This document shows, in pieces, positions 8,970 through 18,339 of a stretch of 64,000 bases of DNA. Source of the stretch: an uncultured Gemmatimonadales bacterium (lineage in GTDB: Bacteria; Gemmatimonadota; Gemmatimonadetes; Longimicrobiales; RSA9); contig CAWAMW010000017.1 in assembly GCA_963783305.1 (NCBI GenBank), positions 64,001-128,000 on the forward strand, read 5' to 3'. Each line of letters starts with the position of its first letter. The stretch's first letter is position 1. The translations under genes and the position numbers were made by a program. Below the pieces are notes generated by a model. That model did no database searches, was not told the origin of the DNA, and saw only the letters and a list, made by a program, of their open reading frames with translations.

Positions 8970-10530
8970 GAGGACCTCGGGGGCTCGGAGAACTGGAATC
9001 CGTCGTCGGAATGGGGATCAAATATGAAGATGCCGGGGCGCTGGGGCCAGTCAGGGGGACGGGGACGTCGGGCGCGGGGACGACGCGGTCGAGGACGCGG
9101 GCGGAGGAGAGGACGCCGGGGACGCCCGCGCCGGGGTGGGTGCCGGCCCCGACGAAGTAGAGTCCCTGGAGGTCGGGGGCCCGGTTGTGGTAGCGGAACC
9201 ATGCGGACTGGGTGAGGAGCGGCTCGGGTCCGAAGGCGGCGCCATCGACGGAGCGGAGCGTGTGCTCGAAGTCGTAGGGGGTCATGGCGGTGCGGGTGAC
9301 GATACTGTCGCGGAGCCCCGGCATGAGACGCGACTCCAGCTCCTCCAGGATGCGATCGAAGTAGGGCTCGGCCTGGCGGCCCCAGTCGATATCGGCGCGG
9401 GTATTCGGGACGGGCGACAGAACGTAGAACGCGTCCCGGCCGGGGGGCGCCATGCCGGGGTCGGTCCGGGTGGGGGCGTGGAGGTAGAGCGAGAAGTCGT
9501 CGGCCAGGACCTTGCGGCGGAAAATGTCCTGGAGCAGCTCGCGGTAGCGCCCTCCCAGCACGATGGTGTGGTGGACCAGGTCGTCGTACACGCGGTCCGT
9601 GCCGAAGTAGCCGACGAACAGGCTCATGGACTGACCCATGCGTCGGGCCCGCCGAGACCCGCGCGGCACGTCGGTGGCGGAGAGCAGGTTCTGGTAGACC
9701 CAGGTCGGGTCGGCGTTGCTCACCACCACGTCGGCGCGGCGGATCCGGCCCGACTGCGTCCGTACCCCCTCGGCGCGCCCCCCACGCACGATGATCTCCT
9801 CCACCGGCGCGCCGAAGGCCACCTCCACCCCGATCTCCTCCAGCAGCCGCACCAGCCCATTGATGATGGAGCCGGTGCCGCCCATGGCGAAGTGGACGCC
9901 CCACTTCCGCTCCAGCCAGTGGATGAGCAGATAGATCGATGTGGTGCTGAACGGGTTGCCGCCCACCAGGAGCGGCTCGAACGTGAGCGCCTGCCGGAGC
10001 CGCTCGTCGTCTATGTACTTCGCAACCAGCCCGCTCACCGACCGGTAGCTCTGCAGCCGGACCATCGCCGGGATCACCTTCGCCATCGTGGAGAAGCGGT
10101 GGAACGGCTGGTCCGCCAGTCGGGTGTAGCCCACATCGAAGATGCGCTCGGCGTGCGCCGCCAGCCTGCGGTAGTTATCCACGTCCGCGGGGTTCAGCGC
10201 CTCGATCTGAGCCAGCAGCCGCTCCTCGTCGCCCACGTAGTCGAAGTGCGTGCCATCCTGGTACTCGATCCGGTAGAACGGGTCTACGGGGACGAGCTCG
10301 AAGTAGTCCCGACTGTCCCGCCCCACCAGCTCGAACAGCTCGTGGAGCAGGTGCGGCGCCGTGATCACCGTGGGGCCCGCGTCGAACGTGAAGCCGTCGC
10401 GCTCGATCACCCGCGCCCGCCCGCCCGGGCGGTCCAGCGCCTCCAGCACCGTCACCTCGTAGCCGCGGGCACGGAGCCGAACGGCCGCCGCCAGACCGCC
10501 GAAGCCGCTCCCGATCACCACGGCCCTCAC
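8932..10530 (-). CDS. crtI: Phytoene desaturase
   Basis: VIGSGFGGLAAA FAD-binding motif, FDAGPTVIT, QSAWFR and GAGTHPGAGVPGV. The true stop may be at 9051 if a C5 run is miscalled. Confidence 0.95.
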   Translation of the reverse strand: MRAVVIGSGFGGLAAAVRLRARGYEVTVLEALDRPGGRARVIERDGFTFDAGPTVITAPHLLHELFELVGRDSRDYFELVPVDPFYRIEYQDGTHFDYVGDEERLLAQIEALNPADVDNYRRLAAHAERIFDVGYTRLADQPFHRFSTMAKVIPAMVRLQSYRSVSGLVAKYIDDERLRQALTFEPLLVGGNPFSTTSIYLLIHWLERKWGVHFAMGGTGSIINGLVRLLEEIGVEVAFGAPVEEIIVRGGRAEGVRTQSGRIRRADVVVSNADPTWVYQNLLSATDVPRGSRRARRMGQSMSLFVGYFGTDRVYDDLVHHTIVLGGRYRELLQDIFRRKVLADDFSLYLHAPTRTDPGMAPPGRDAFYVLSPVPNTRADIDWGRQAEPYFDRILEELESRLMPGLRDSIVTRTAMTPYDFEHTLRSVDGAAFGPEPLLTQSAWFRYHNRAPDLQGLYFVGAGTHPGAGVPGVLSSARVLDRVVPAPDVPVPLTGPSAPASSYLIPIPTTDSSSPSPRGPHEDPRHPSYEGQ

Positions 10531-11480
10531 GACTCGTCTCCCGCCATCACCACCGCCGACAGCACCTCACGCAACGCGTCCAGATCCTCCACGACCGTCA
10601 CTCCCTCCGGCGTCACCGACGACGAGCGCCGCCCGCCGGTCACCAGCAGTATCCCCTCCGGCAGCATGCTCCGGAGCGCCTCCAGCTCCTCACCCGCTCG
10701 CTCCACGTCACCCGCCTCCCCGTCCACCACGCTCACCGCCACCACCGTCGCTTCCGCACGCTCCGCCGCCCCAGCGATCTCCGACGCCGGCAGCGATGGC
10801 CCCAGGTACAAGACCCGCCACCCCGCGTCCGCCGCCACCACCGCGGCCAGCATCGCGCCGAACTCGTGCAGCTCTCCCGACGGCGTTCCCGCCACCAGCA
10901 GCGGCGCATCCGCCGGCGCTTCGTACCGGCTCAGCAGCCAGTCCAGCACCTGCCGCACCGCCGTCGAGACCACGTGCTCCTGCGCGGGGCGCAGCTGACC
11001 GGCCGCCCACAACTCCCCCACCCGCTCCAGCAACGGTGCCACCACCTCCGCCAGGAAGACCGGCGCGCTCAACCTCACCACCGCCCGCATCAGCGTAGCC
11101 CGCAGCGCCTGCGCGTCCAGCCGGTCCGCCGCCATCAGGCACTCCCGCAGATACAACTCGCGAGTCCCCGGCGCCCCCACCGTCGGCCCCACCCTGCGCG
11201 GCCCCGCCGCCTCCGCATCCTCACCCACCAGCGATACCAGCGCCTCCATCGGCAGCTCCGCCACGCTCCCGATCGAGCGACCTCCCTCCGTCGCTCGCCT
11301 CAGCAGGCGCAGACGCAGCACGTCCGCATCACTGTACAACCGCTGTCCACCTTCGGTCCGCCCCGGCTCCACCGCGCCGTACCGCCGCTCCCACGCCCGC
11401 AGCACGTGCGCCGTGAGACCCGTCCGCTGGACCACCACCCCCATCGGGTGCCGCGCCGCGCTCCCCCCATCCCCTGTCAT
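10527..11480 (-). CDS. carH: MerR-family cobalamin-binding regulator (CarH/LitR-type photoreceptor)
   Basis: LRAWERRYG MerR HTH; W-x9-EH (WAAGQLRPAQEH) and ExHxxG (ELHEFG) B12 motifs; GTGA overlap with crtI. Confidence 0.85.
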   Translation of the reverse strand: MTGDGGSAARHPMGVVVQRTGLTAHVLRAWERRYGAVEPGRTEGGQRLYSDADVLRLRLLRRATEGGRSIGSVAELPMEALVSLVGEDAEAAGPRRVGPTVGAPGTRELYLRECLMAADRLDAQALRATLMRAVVRLSAPVFLAEVVAPLLERVGELWAAGQLRPAQEHVVSTAVRQVLDWLLSRYEAPADAPLLVAGTPSGELHEFGAMLAAVVAADAGWRVLYLGPSLPASEIAGAAERAEATVVAVSVVDGEAGDVERAGEELEALRSMLPEGILLVTGGRRSSSVTPEGVTVVEDLDALREVLSAVVMAGDES

Positions 11481-11566
11481 CCGTCTCCCCCTCCTCCCAC
11501 CCGCAGGTCGATGGACCACCTCTTGCGGCCCCCTCTGCATACCCCCCAGGCACTGTGAGCCTGCCC

Positions 11567-11655
11567 AACGTACCGCTGCGCACCCCCCACGTCAAGGTCC
11601 CGTCCATAGAATCCTTGACAACATATAGACAGCAAAGCTATACATGGCTGAGACA
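11567..11655. promoter_or_regulatory. Divergent sigma70-like promoters with CarH-type TnnACA direct repeats
   Basis: Minus strand: TTGACG(11595-11590)-N17-TACGTT. Plus strand: TTGACA 11615, TAGACA 11626, TATACA 11639, GAGACA 11650 (spacing 11/13/11). Confidence 0.65.
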
Positions 11656-11703
11656 CGCAGGGATCGGGGACGGGCACCGCCGCACCATGACCACTGAGGA
11701 CTC

Positions 11704-12627
11704 ATGAGGATCGAGAGAGAACGCGAGAAGGCGCCGACGGGCGAATGGCTGGACCGGGCGCCGCTGCTGGTACTGGTGCTGTTCAGCGTGGTGGCGGTGG
11801 CGGGGTACGCGGTGTTCGGGCGGGACCCGACGCGGGTGGTGGGGCTGTCGCCGGGTGCGGCGCGGTTCTACGCGGTGTCGTTCGGGTTCTTTGCGCAGGC
11901 GCAGATTCTCCTGGCGGGGCTGGTTCTGGCGCTGCACCTGTGGCGGCGGGCGGGGTGGCGCTGGCTGCCGGCATTCGTGGCGGTATATGCCATCAGCCTG
12001 GGGAGCGAGCTGATGGGAACGGCGTTCGGGGTTCCATTCGGGCCGTACGCGTACACGTCGCTGCTGGGTGTGAAGTGGCTGGGGCTCGTGCCGCTGCTGA
12101 TCCCGTTGAGCTGGTTCTTCATGGCGGTGCCTGCGTACGGTCTGGCGATGCGGCTGTGGGAGCGCGGCCGGGGCTCCGGCCGTGGTTCCACAGGCGGGCG
12201 GTCGCCGGCGGGCTGGGCGGCTGCGCGGATCTTCATTGGATCGCTGCTGCTGCTCGCGTGGGACCTGACGCTGGACCCGGCGATGAGCGAAGTGACCCGG
12301 TACTGGGTGTGGGGTGAGCCGGGGCCCTATTACGGAATGCCGCTCATGAACCTGGTGGGGTGGTACGTGACCGGCCTGGCGTTGATGGTGGCGCTGGAGA
12401 AGCTCGGGGCGCGGGAGTGGCTGCGAGAGGTATCGGCGGGATGGCAGACGGCCTTTTACGGCGCGAACGTGATCCTGCCGCTGGGGATGTCCGTGGCCGC
12501 CGGTCTCTGGGGCGCGGCCGTGGCGATGGCGTTTGTGCTGGGTGGTGTGGTGGTGGTGGCCTCGCTGCGGTCGCGTTTCCAGCCGGTGCCCGGGAGGACC
12601 GCGGGTGGCGCGGAGATGACGCTGTGA
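11704..12627 (+). CDS. cruF: Carotenoid 1,2-hydratase CruF-like membrane protein (DUF422)
   Basis: ELMGTAFGVPFGPYAYT, IPLSWF, AWDLTLDPAM and YYGMPLMNLVGW; multiple TM helices; carotenoid context. Confidence 0.8.
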   Translation: MRIEREREKAPTGEWLDRAPLLVLVLFSVVAVAGYAVFGRDPTRVVGLSPGAARFYAVSFGFFAQAQILLAGLVLALHLWRRAGWRWLPAFVAVYAISLGSELMGTAFGVPFGPYAYTSLLGVKWLGLVPLLIPLSWFFMAVPAYGLAMRLWERGRGSGRGSTGGRSPAGWAAARIFIGSLLLLAWDLTLDPAMSEVTRYWVWGEPGPYYGMPLMNLVGWYVTGLALMVALEKLGAREWLREVSAGWQTAFYGANVILPLGMSVAAGLWGAAVAMAFVLGGVVVVASLRSRFQPVPGRTAGGAEMTL

Positions 12628-15122
12628 GCGGCGGGTTCGGAGTCCTGGACGGAGCGCGGGAGAGGGTACGACGGGCGCTCGCGACAGTGTCGCTGGAGCT
12701 GGAGTCGGCGGGAATGCCGTCGCCGGAGTGGAGTGGCCAGCTGATCCGGCCGCTCATGGGCCTGGCCGCGGCGACGGAGGGGGACCCGGGCCCGCGCTTC
12801 TGGCGAGCGATGGCGGCGGTGCAGCTGGCGCACGAGGCGTCGCTGCTGCACGACGACGTGATCGACGGGGCGGAGGAGCGGCGGGGCCGGCCCACGGTGG
12901 CGGCGAGTCGTGGGGTGGCCCTGGCGCTGGTGGAAGGGGACCACCTCCTCACATCCTCGTACCGTATGGCGGCCGCGACGGAGAGTCCCGACTGGATCGA
13001 GTTGTTCGCGCGGGCGGTCGAGCGGACGGTGGCGGGAGAAAAAGCGCAGGCGCGGTCGGCTGGTCTGGAGCTACGGTGGGAGGAGTACGAGGCGCTGGTG
13101 CTTGGGAAGTCCGGAGAGCTGGTGGGCGCCGCGTTCGCGGCGGCCCCCACGCTCCGTGGTGACTTCGGTTCGTGGCGCTACGAGAAGGCGGGCCGGCGAA
13201 TAGGGCTCGTCTACCAGATGCTGGACGACCTGCTGGACTACTGCCCCCACATGGACACCGGGAAGCCGCCGCTGGCCGACTACCGCCGCGGTCTCTGGAC
13301 CTGGCCGCGGCTGTATGTCGATCTCTCGCCCGGGCTCTCGGACGACCAGGTCGTAGGCAGCCTCAGCGCGCCGGACGGCGAGGGCAGAACCCCCCTGACG
13401 CGGTGCCTCGAACGGTTCCGCGCGGAGGTGGAGTCCACGCGTGCGCTGGTGGCCGCGCTCCTCCCCGGCGATCCGCTGGTGGACGAACTCCTGTCCGACT
13501 GGCTCGAGGTAGCCCGGTCCGCCGCGCGCCCTGCGAAGGCGCCCGTGGAGCTGCCGCACGTGGCCGGCTGGGAGTCACTGATGGAGGAGCACGCGAAGTC
13601 GTTTCGCTTCGCCTCGCAGCTCTTCCCCGCCGACCGTCGCGAACAGGTTACGGGGGTGTACGCCTGGTGCCGGTACACCGACGACCTGGTGGATGGCGTG
13701 GATCTCCCCGCCGCCGAGCTCGACGCCCGGCTGGACGCCTGGCTGGACCTCTCTCGACGGGCGTATGCCGGGGAGCGTACCGGCAACGCTCTGGCCGATC
13801 GGGTGATGACCGAGATGCGCGAGTCGGATGTGCCCATCGGCTACGCCGAGGAGCTGATCGAGGGAATGCGCATGGACGTACGGGGAGTGGAGTACGGCAC
13901 GGTCGCCGAGCTCCGGCTGTACACGTACCGGGTGGCGTCGGTCGTAGGGCTGTGGATGACCGAGCTGTTCGGGATCCGGGACCCCTGGCTCCTGGACCGG
14001 GCCGCCGCCCTGGGGCACGCCATGCAGCTCACGAACATCCTGCGGGACGTGGGCGAGGACCTGGGCGAGGGGCGGCTCTACCTCCCGACGGCGTGGCTCC
14101 GGGCCACCGGCCTTTCCCGTTCCGACCTGGAGGGCATGGCGGAGACCGGCCGGATCGAGCCCGCCTACGCCGCGCTCGTCGAACGACTGCTCCGCGTGGC
14201 CGAGTCCGAATACGACCACGCCTTCCCGGCCATCGCCCGGCTGCCGGGGTGGTACCGCCGTCCCGTGGCCGTGGCGGCCGATGTCTATCGCGGGATCCAC
14301 GAGGGGATCCGGGCCAACGGCTATGACAACCTCACGCAGCGGGCCCACACCGGGCTCGCGGCCAAGATCCGACTCGGTGCCGGTGCGCTGCTCCGCACCC
14401 ATCTCTCCCGCGACGGCCGCGCTGGCCAGGGCCGCACCGCGCCCGCCAGCGGGAAGGGCCGCGCGACGGCCGCGCTGGGCATTGCCATGCTCCTCGCGGT
14501 GATCCCGCTCGCCGGGGCACCGACGCCCGCCGCGGCGCAGGGGCAGCCGCTGGGGCAGGCGCAGGAGAGCGGGGGTGAGGAGCGGGCGAGTACGCGCTGG
14601 GCGCTCGAGGTGGCCGAGGTGCCCGACGCCGCCTGGAACCGGGCGCTGCGCAGCGTCGGCACTCTCTGGGTGGAGGCCGTGGAGCGGAAAGCGGCCGTGG
14701 CGACGGGACTGCAGGCAGTGGCATCCGTGCGGGCCCGTTTCGACCCGGTCCCGCCGGATCGGGACCGGGTGCTCCGGGCCTACCGCGGCTCGTTCCTGGC
14801 GCTCCGCGCGAAGCACGGAGGCGGTCCGCGGCAGCGGCTGCGGGACCTGCGCAGCGGCTTCGAGCTCATGGACGCCGCCGTAGCCGAGTCGCCACAGTCG
14901 GCCGAGCTCCGCTACATCCGCCTCATGAGCGGCTTCTACCTGCCAGCGATCTTCGGGCGGCGCGAGGAGGTGGGCGAAGACATGGCGACCCTGATCCGGG
15001 TCCTGCCCCGCTCCCGCTCGGCGTTCCCGCGCGCTCTCTACCCGGAGGTAGTGCACTTCGTCCTCGACCACGGCGACCCGCCAGACGCCGACCGGCGTCG
15101 CCTGGAAGCGCTGCTGCCATGA
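12624..15122 (+). CDS. Triple fusion: polyprenyl (GGPP) synthase, phytoene synthase, and a TM-linked helical domain
   Basis: LLHDDVIDG...RRGRPT and YQMLDDLLD (CrtE-like); HAKSF, YAWCRYTDDLVD and QLTNILRDVGED (CrtB); then hydrophobic AALGIAMLLAVIPLAG and about 200 aa helical domain. GTG start overlaps the cruF stop. Confidence 0.85.
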   Translation: MSGGFGVLDGARERVRRALATVSLELESAGMPSPEWSGQLIRPLMGLAAATEGDPGPRFWRAMAAVQLAHEASLLHDDVIDGAEERRGRPTVAASRGVALALVEGDHLLTSSYRMAAATESPDWIELFARAVERTVAGEKAQARSAGLELRWEEYEALVLGKSGELVGAAFAAAPTLRGDFGSWRYEKAGRRIGLVYQMLDDLLDYCPHMDTGKPPLADYRRGLWTWPRLYVDLSPGLSDDQVVGSLSAPDGEGRTPLTRCLERFRAEVESTRALVAALLPGDPLVDELLSDWLEVARSAARPAKAPVELPHVAGWESLMEEHAKSFRFASQLFPADRREQVTGVYAWCRYTDDLVDGVDLPAAELDARLDAWLDLSRRAYAGERTGNALADRVMTEMRESDVPIGYAEELIEGMRMDVRGVEYGTVAELRLYTYRVASVVGLWMTELFGIRDPWLLDRAAALGHAMQLTNILRDVGEDLGEGRLYLPTAWLRATGLSRSDLEGMAETGRIEPAYAALVERLLRVAESEYDHAFPAIARLPGWYRRPVAVAADVYRGIHEGIRANGYDNLTQRAHTGLAAKIRLGAGALLRTHLSRDGRAGQGRTAPASGKGRATAALGIAMLLAVIPLAGAPTPAAAQGQPLGQAQESGGEERASTRWALEVAEVPDAAWNRALRSVGTLWVEAVERKAAVATGLQAVASVRARFDPVPPDRDRVLRAYRGSFLALRAKHGGGPRQRLRDLRSGFELMDAAVAESPQSAELRYIRLMSGFYLPAIFGRREEVGEDMATLIRVLPRSRSAFPRALYPEVVHFVLDHGDPPDADRRRLEALLP

Positions 15123-15838
15123 GGACCCGCTACTCCCGCCGCGCGTGGGCCGCATTCGAGACGCTCTTCGGCCCCTGGATGCGGCACCGCCTCGATGGCG
15201 TGCATATCCGGGGGCTCGAGCATGTCGCTCGGCTCCCCGACCTGCCCATCCTGCTCGTGGCCAACCACGTGAGCTGGTGGGACGGGTTCCTGCTCCGCGA
15301 GGTGCACCGGCGAACTCGGCCCGACGCGCCGCTCCACGTGGTCATGCTCGAGGAAGAGCTCCGCAGCGTGCCCATCTTCCGCTGGATGGGCGCCGTGCCC
15401 CTCGGCCCCTCGCGCCTCGCCCCTCGCGCCCTCCTCCGCGACCTGCGGACGCGGCTGGAGCGCAGCCCCGATGCCCTGATCGGCTACTTCCCTCAAGGTC
15501 GGATCTGGCCATCCCATCGAGCGACCCTGGGGTTCCGCCGCGGGGCCGCATGGCTTGCGGGCCAGCTCGCGCCCGTGGTGGTGCTGCCGGTCGGGCTGCA
15601 CCTGGAGCACCTCACCCGTCCCGGTCCGGCGGCGTTCGTGTCCGTGGGGCCGCCACGGGTGGTGCGCTATTCCCTGGACACGGCCGACCTGGAGGCCGCC
15701 GTGGGCGCCGAAGTTTCGGCGATCCTGGCCTGCACCCACCGGTACGGCGAGGGCGCCGCCCTGCACTGGGCGCGGCCCCGCCCGACGCTCGTGCGCACGG
15801 CCGTCACGCCGGACCCGCGGCGGGTCGGGTCCACGTGA
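15119..15838 (+). CDS. Lysophospholipid acyltransferase family protein (CruD-like)
   Basis: NHVSWWD (HxxxxD) and YFPQG motifs; ATGA overlap with the upstream gene. Confidence 0.85.
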   Translation: MRTRYSRRAWAAFETLFGPWMRHRLDGVHIRGLEHVARLPDLPILLVANHVSWWDGFLLREVHRRTRPDAPLHVVMLEEELRSVPIFRWMGAVPLGPSRLAPRALLRDLRTRLERSPDALIGYFPQGRIWPSHRATLGFRRGAAWLAGQLAPVVVLPVGLHLEHLTRPGPAAFVSVGPPRVVRYSLDTADLEAAVGAEVSAILACTHRYGEGAALHWARPRPTLVRTAVTPDPRRVGST

Positions 15839-16956
15839 GCGCGCTCCTCGTGGTCCTCGTTCTGGGGCTGGCCGTCCTGTTGGCCGTAGTGGCGGTGAAT
15901 ATGGCATGGGCGCCGCGACTCCACGGCCGGCCGGCGGCCACCGCCGGGCCTCTGGTCAGCGTGTTGGTGCCCGCGCGCGACGAGGCCGCGAACCTCCGCC
16001 GGCTCCTCCCTGCGCTCGCCCGAACGCGCTACCCCGAGTTGGAGGTTCTGGTGCTGGACGACGGATCACGCGATGAAACGGCCGCCGTCGTGCGCGGCAT
16101 GGCCTCCAGTGACCCGCGGGTCCGGCTGATCGAAGGCGTAGAGCCGCCCGTCGGCTGGACGGGGAAGAACTGGGCCTGCCATCAGCTCGCGCGGCACGCC
16201 AACGGTCCGCTCCTGATCTTCTGCGATGCCGACGTGGTCCCGCGCCCGGATGCCGTTGGGCGCACCGCCGCGCATCTGCTCCACGGGGGACTGGACGCTG
16301 TCACGGCCTTCCCGCGTCACCAGCGCGGCAGCTGGATCGAGGACGCGCTGGTGCCCCTGCTGACGCGCGTCCCCGTGGCCGCGCTCCTCCCTCTCCCACT
16401 GGTCCGCCACAGCTCGTGGCAGTCGCTGTCGGCGGGAAACGGGCAGTGGTTCGCCTGGCGGCGCTCCGCCTACACTGCCGTGGGAGGGCACGCCCGGGTC
16501 CGCGACGACATTCTGGAGGACGTCCGCCTCGCCCGGATCGCCAAGGGCGCGGGTCTCCAGCTGGCGACTGTGCTCGCGACGCGCGAGCTGGAGGTGAGAA
16601 TGTACCGGACCGGGAGAGAGGCGTGGGCGGGGTTCGCGAAGAACGCGTACGCCCTCGGCGGCGGTGACGATTCCCGCTTCCTGCCGGGCCTGGCGCTGTT
16701 CGCCGCGATGACCCTCGGTCCATTCGTCGCCGTGGCCCTTGCGCCCCTCGAGCCCCTCGCCTGGCTCGCTCTGGCGATGCTCCTGCTGCTCCGGACGGGT
16801 GTGGCCATCCTGTTCGAGGACGGTCTCAGGACCGTTTTCCTCCACCCGGTGGGTGCCACCGCCGTGGTCGCGCTGGCCCTGACGTCCAGACACCGGCACC
16901 GGAATGGTACCCTCCAGTGGAAACACCGGGTCGTGAGAACGGAGGAAGCCCGATGA
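15835..16956 (+). CDS. Glycosyltransferase family 2 (CruC/CrtQ-like carotenoid glycosyltransferase)
   Basis: VSVLVPARDE, DDGSRD, GWTGKNWAC, DAD and EDVRLAR motifs; N- and C-terminal TM helices; GTGA overlap. Confidence 0.88.
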   Translation: MSALLVVLVLGLAVLLAVVAVNMAWAPRLHGRPAATAGPLVSVLVPARDEAANLRRLLPALARTRYPELEVLVLDDGSRDETAAVVRGMASSDPRVRLIEGVEPPVGWTGKNWACHQLARHANGPLLIFCDADVVPRPDAVGRTAAHLLHGGLDAVTAFPRHQRGSWIEDALVPLLTRVPVAALLPLPLVRHSSWQSLSAGNGQWFAWRRSAYTAVGGHARVRDDILEDVRLARIAKGAGLQLATVLATRELEVRMYRTGREAWAGFAKNAYALGGGDDSRFLPGLALFAAMTLGPFVAVALAPLEPLAWLALAMLLLLRTGVAILFEDGLRTVFLHPVGATAVVALALTSRHRHRNGTLQWKHRVVRTEEAR

Positions 16957-17498
16957 TCGAGCGCGTCATCCTCGTGAACGCGCGGGACGAGCCCCAGGGT
17001 ACGGCCGAGAAGCTGGCGGCCCACCTTTCCGGTCGACTCCACCGCGCATTCTCCGTGTTCGTGCTGAATGAGCGGCACGAACTCCTGCTCCAGCGGCGTG
17101 CCGAGGGGAAGTACCACTCGCCGGGGCTGTGGTCGAACACCTGCTGCAGCCATCCGCGTCCGGGCGAAGCCACCGCCGAAGCGGCGGCCCGGCGGCTGAT
17201 GGAGGAAATGGGCTTCGGGTGCGACCTCGAGCACGCGGGCTCCTTCATCTACCGGGCCGAGGTGGGCGGGGGGCTGATCGAGCACGAGCTCGATCACCTG
17301 TTGCTGGGTCGCTGGGACGGGACCCCGGACCCTGATCCCGCGGAGGCGAGCGAGTGGCGGTGGATCGAGCTGCCGGCGCTCCGACAGGAGATCGCGTCGG
17401 CGCCCGCGGAGTTCACCTACTGGCTGAGAGCCGCGCTCCGCGAGCTCGACGACCGTCAGCGGCTGCCCGGCGCGACTCCGGAGGAGCAGGTCGCCTGA
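16953..17498 (+). CDS. idi: Isopentenyl-diphosphate delta-isomerase type 1
   Basis: HRAFSVF, LLQRRA, WSNTCCSHP and EHELDH motifs. Confidence 0.95.
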   Translation: MIERVILVNARDEPQGTAEKLAAHLSGRLHRAFSVFVLNERHELLLQRRAEGKYHSPGLWSNTCCSHPRPGEATAEAAARRLMEEMGFGCDLEHAGSFIYRAEVGGGLIEHELDHLLLGRWDGTPDPDPAEASEWRWIELPALRQEIASAPAEFTYWLRAALRELDDRQRLPGATPEEQVA

Positions 17499-17560
17499 CG
17501 CTGCTGTCCACGATAGGTTGCCGTTCATCGCCACGGCGCAACCTCGATCTGACGGATACA

Positions 17561-18322
17561 ATGCGGTATTTTCGGGCTCTCGCTCTTCTCCTCTTCATCC
17601 TCGGTAGCCGTCCGCTCAGCGCGCAGGACCCGGACACACCGGAGGACCCGGAGCGGTGGGGCGCGGAGATGGGCTTCGTCCTCAACACTTCCGGCGGCAA
17701 CGAGCAGCTCACCGTCCTCACCTCCAACATCGGCCTTTCGCACCTCGAGACGTCGTCGTATGAGGCCACGTTCGACGCCCGTTTCCGGTACGGTCGGAGC
17801 GAGGGCGAGGAAGTGGCGCGCAACACCCGCGCGGATGCCAGCATCGACCTGGCGCCGAACGGCGTTTGGTCCCCGTTTCTCTTCGCCAGCGCGGAGAACG
17901 ACCCGCACAAGAAGCTGACGGTCCGGCTGAACGGTGGGAGCGGCGTGAAGCGCACGTTCTGGCAGGCCGGCTGGAGCGAGGTGTCGGTGAGCGGCGCGGT
18001 GCTGTACAGCTACGAGGAGCTGGACATCGAGGAGCTGGACGGCGACGGTGTCACCCAGACGGCGCGCTGGAGCTGGCGGGGTCGAGCCCGCCGGGAGTTC
18101 GGCACCGGGCGCCGTCTGGAGCAGGTGCTGTTCTTTCAGCCGGAATGGGACGACTTCGGGGACTATCTGCTGGATTCGCACACCACCGGTCGGTGGTCAT
18201 TGACCGAGAGTCTCGCTTTTGTTACGACCATCCTCTATGAGCGCGACAGCACCCCGGCTCCGGATGTGGGCCCGGACAACTGGTCACTGGCGGTGGGGCT
18301 CACTGCGGCCACCCGCTGGTAG
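17561..18322 (+). CDS. DUF481-like outer-membrane beta-barrel protein
   Basis: Signal peptide, alternating beta-strand pattern, SGGN and terminal W. Confidence 0.7.
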   Translation: MRYFRALALLLFILGSRPLSAQDPDTPEDPERWGAEMGFVLNTSGGNEQLTVLTSNIGLSHLETSSYEATFDARFRYGRSEGEEVARNTRADASIDLAPNGVWSPFLFASAENDPHKKLTVRLNGGSGVKRTFWQAGWSEVSVSGAVLYSYEELDIEELDGDGVTQTARWSWRGRARREFGTGRRLEQVLFFQPEWDDFGDYLLDSHTTGRWSLTESLAFVTTILYERDSTPAPDVGPDNWSLAVGLTAATRW

Positions 18323-18339
18323 CGCTGAAAGCGGAGAAC

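Noticed and set aside
12360..12623. N-terminal extensions in the ORF track (also 15145-15834, 18874..20853 beyond 19308, 26349..27929 beyond 26864)
   Set aside because: They overlap real neighbouring genes; starts were reset to coupled or RBS-supported codons.
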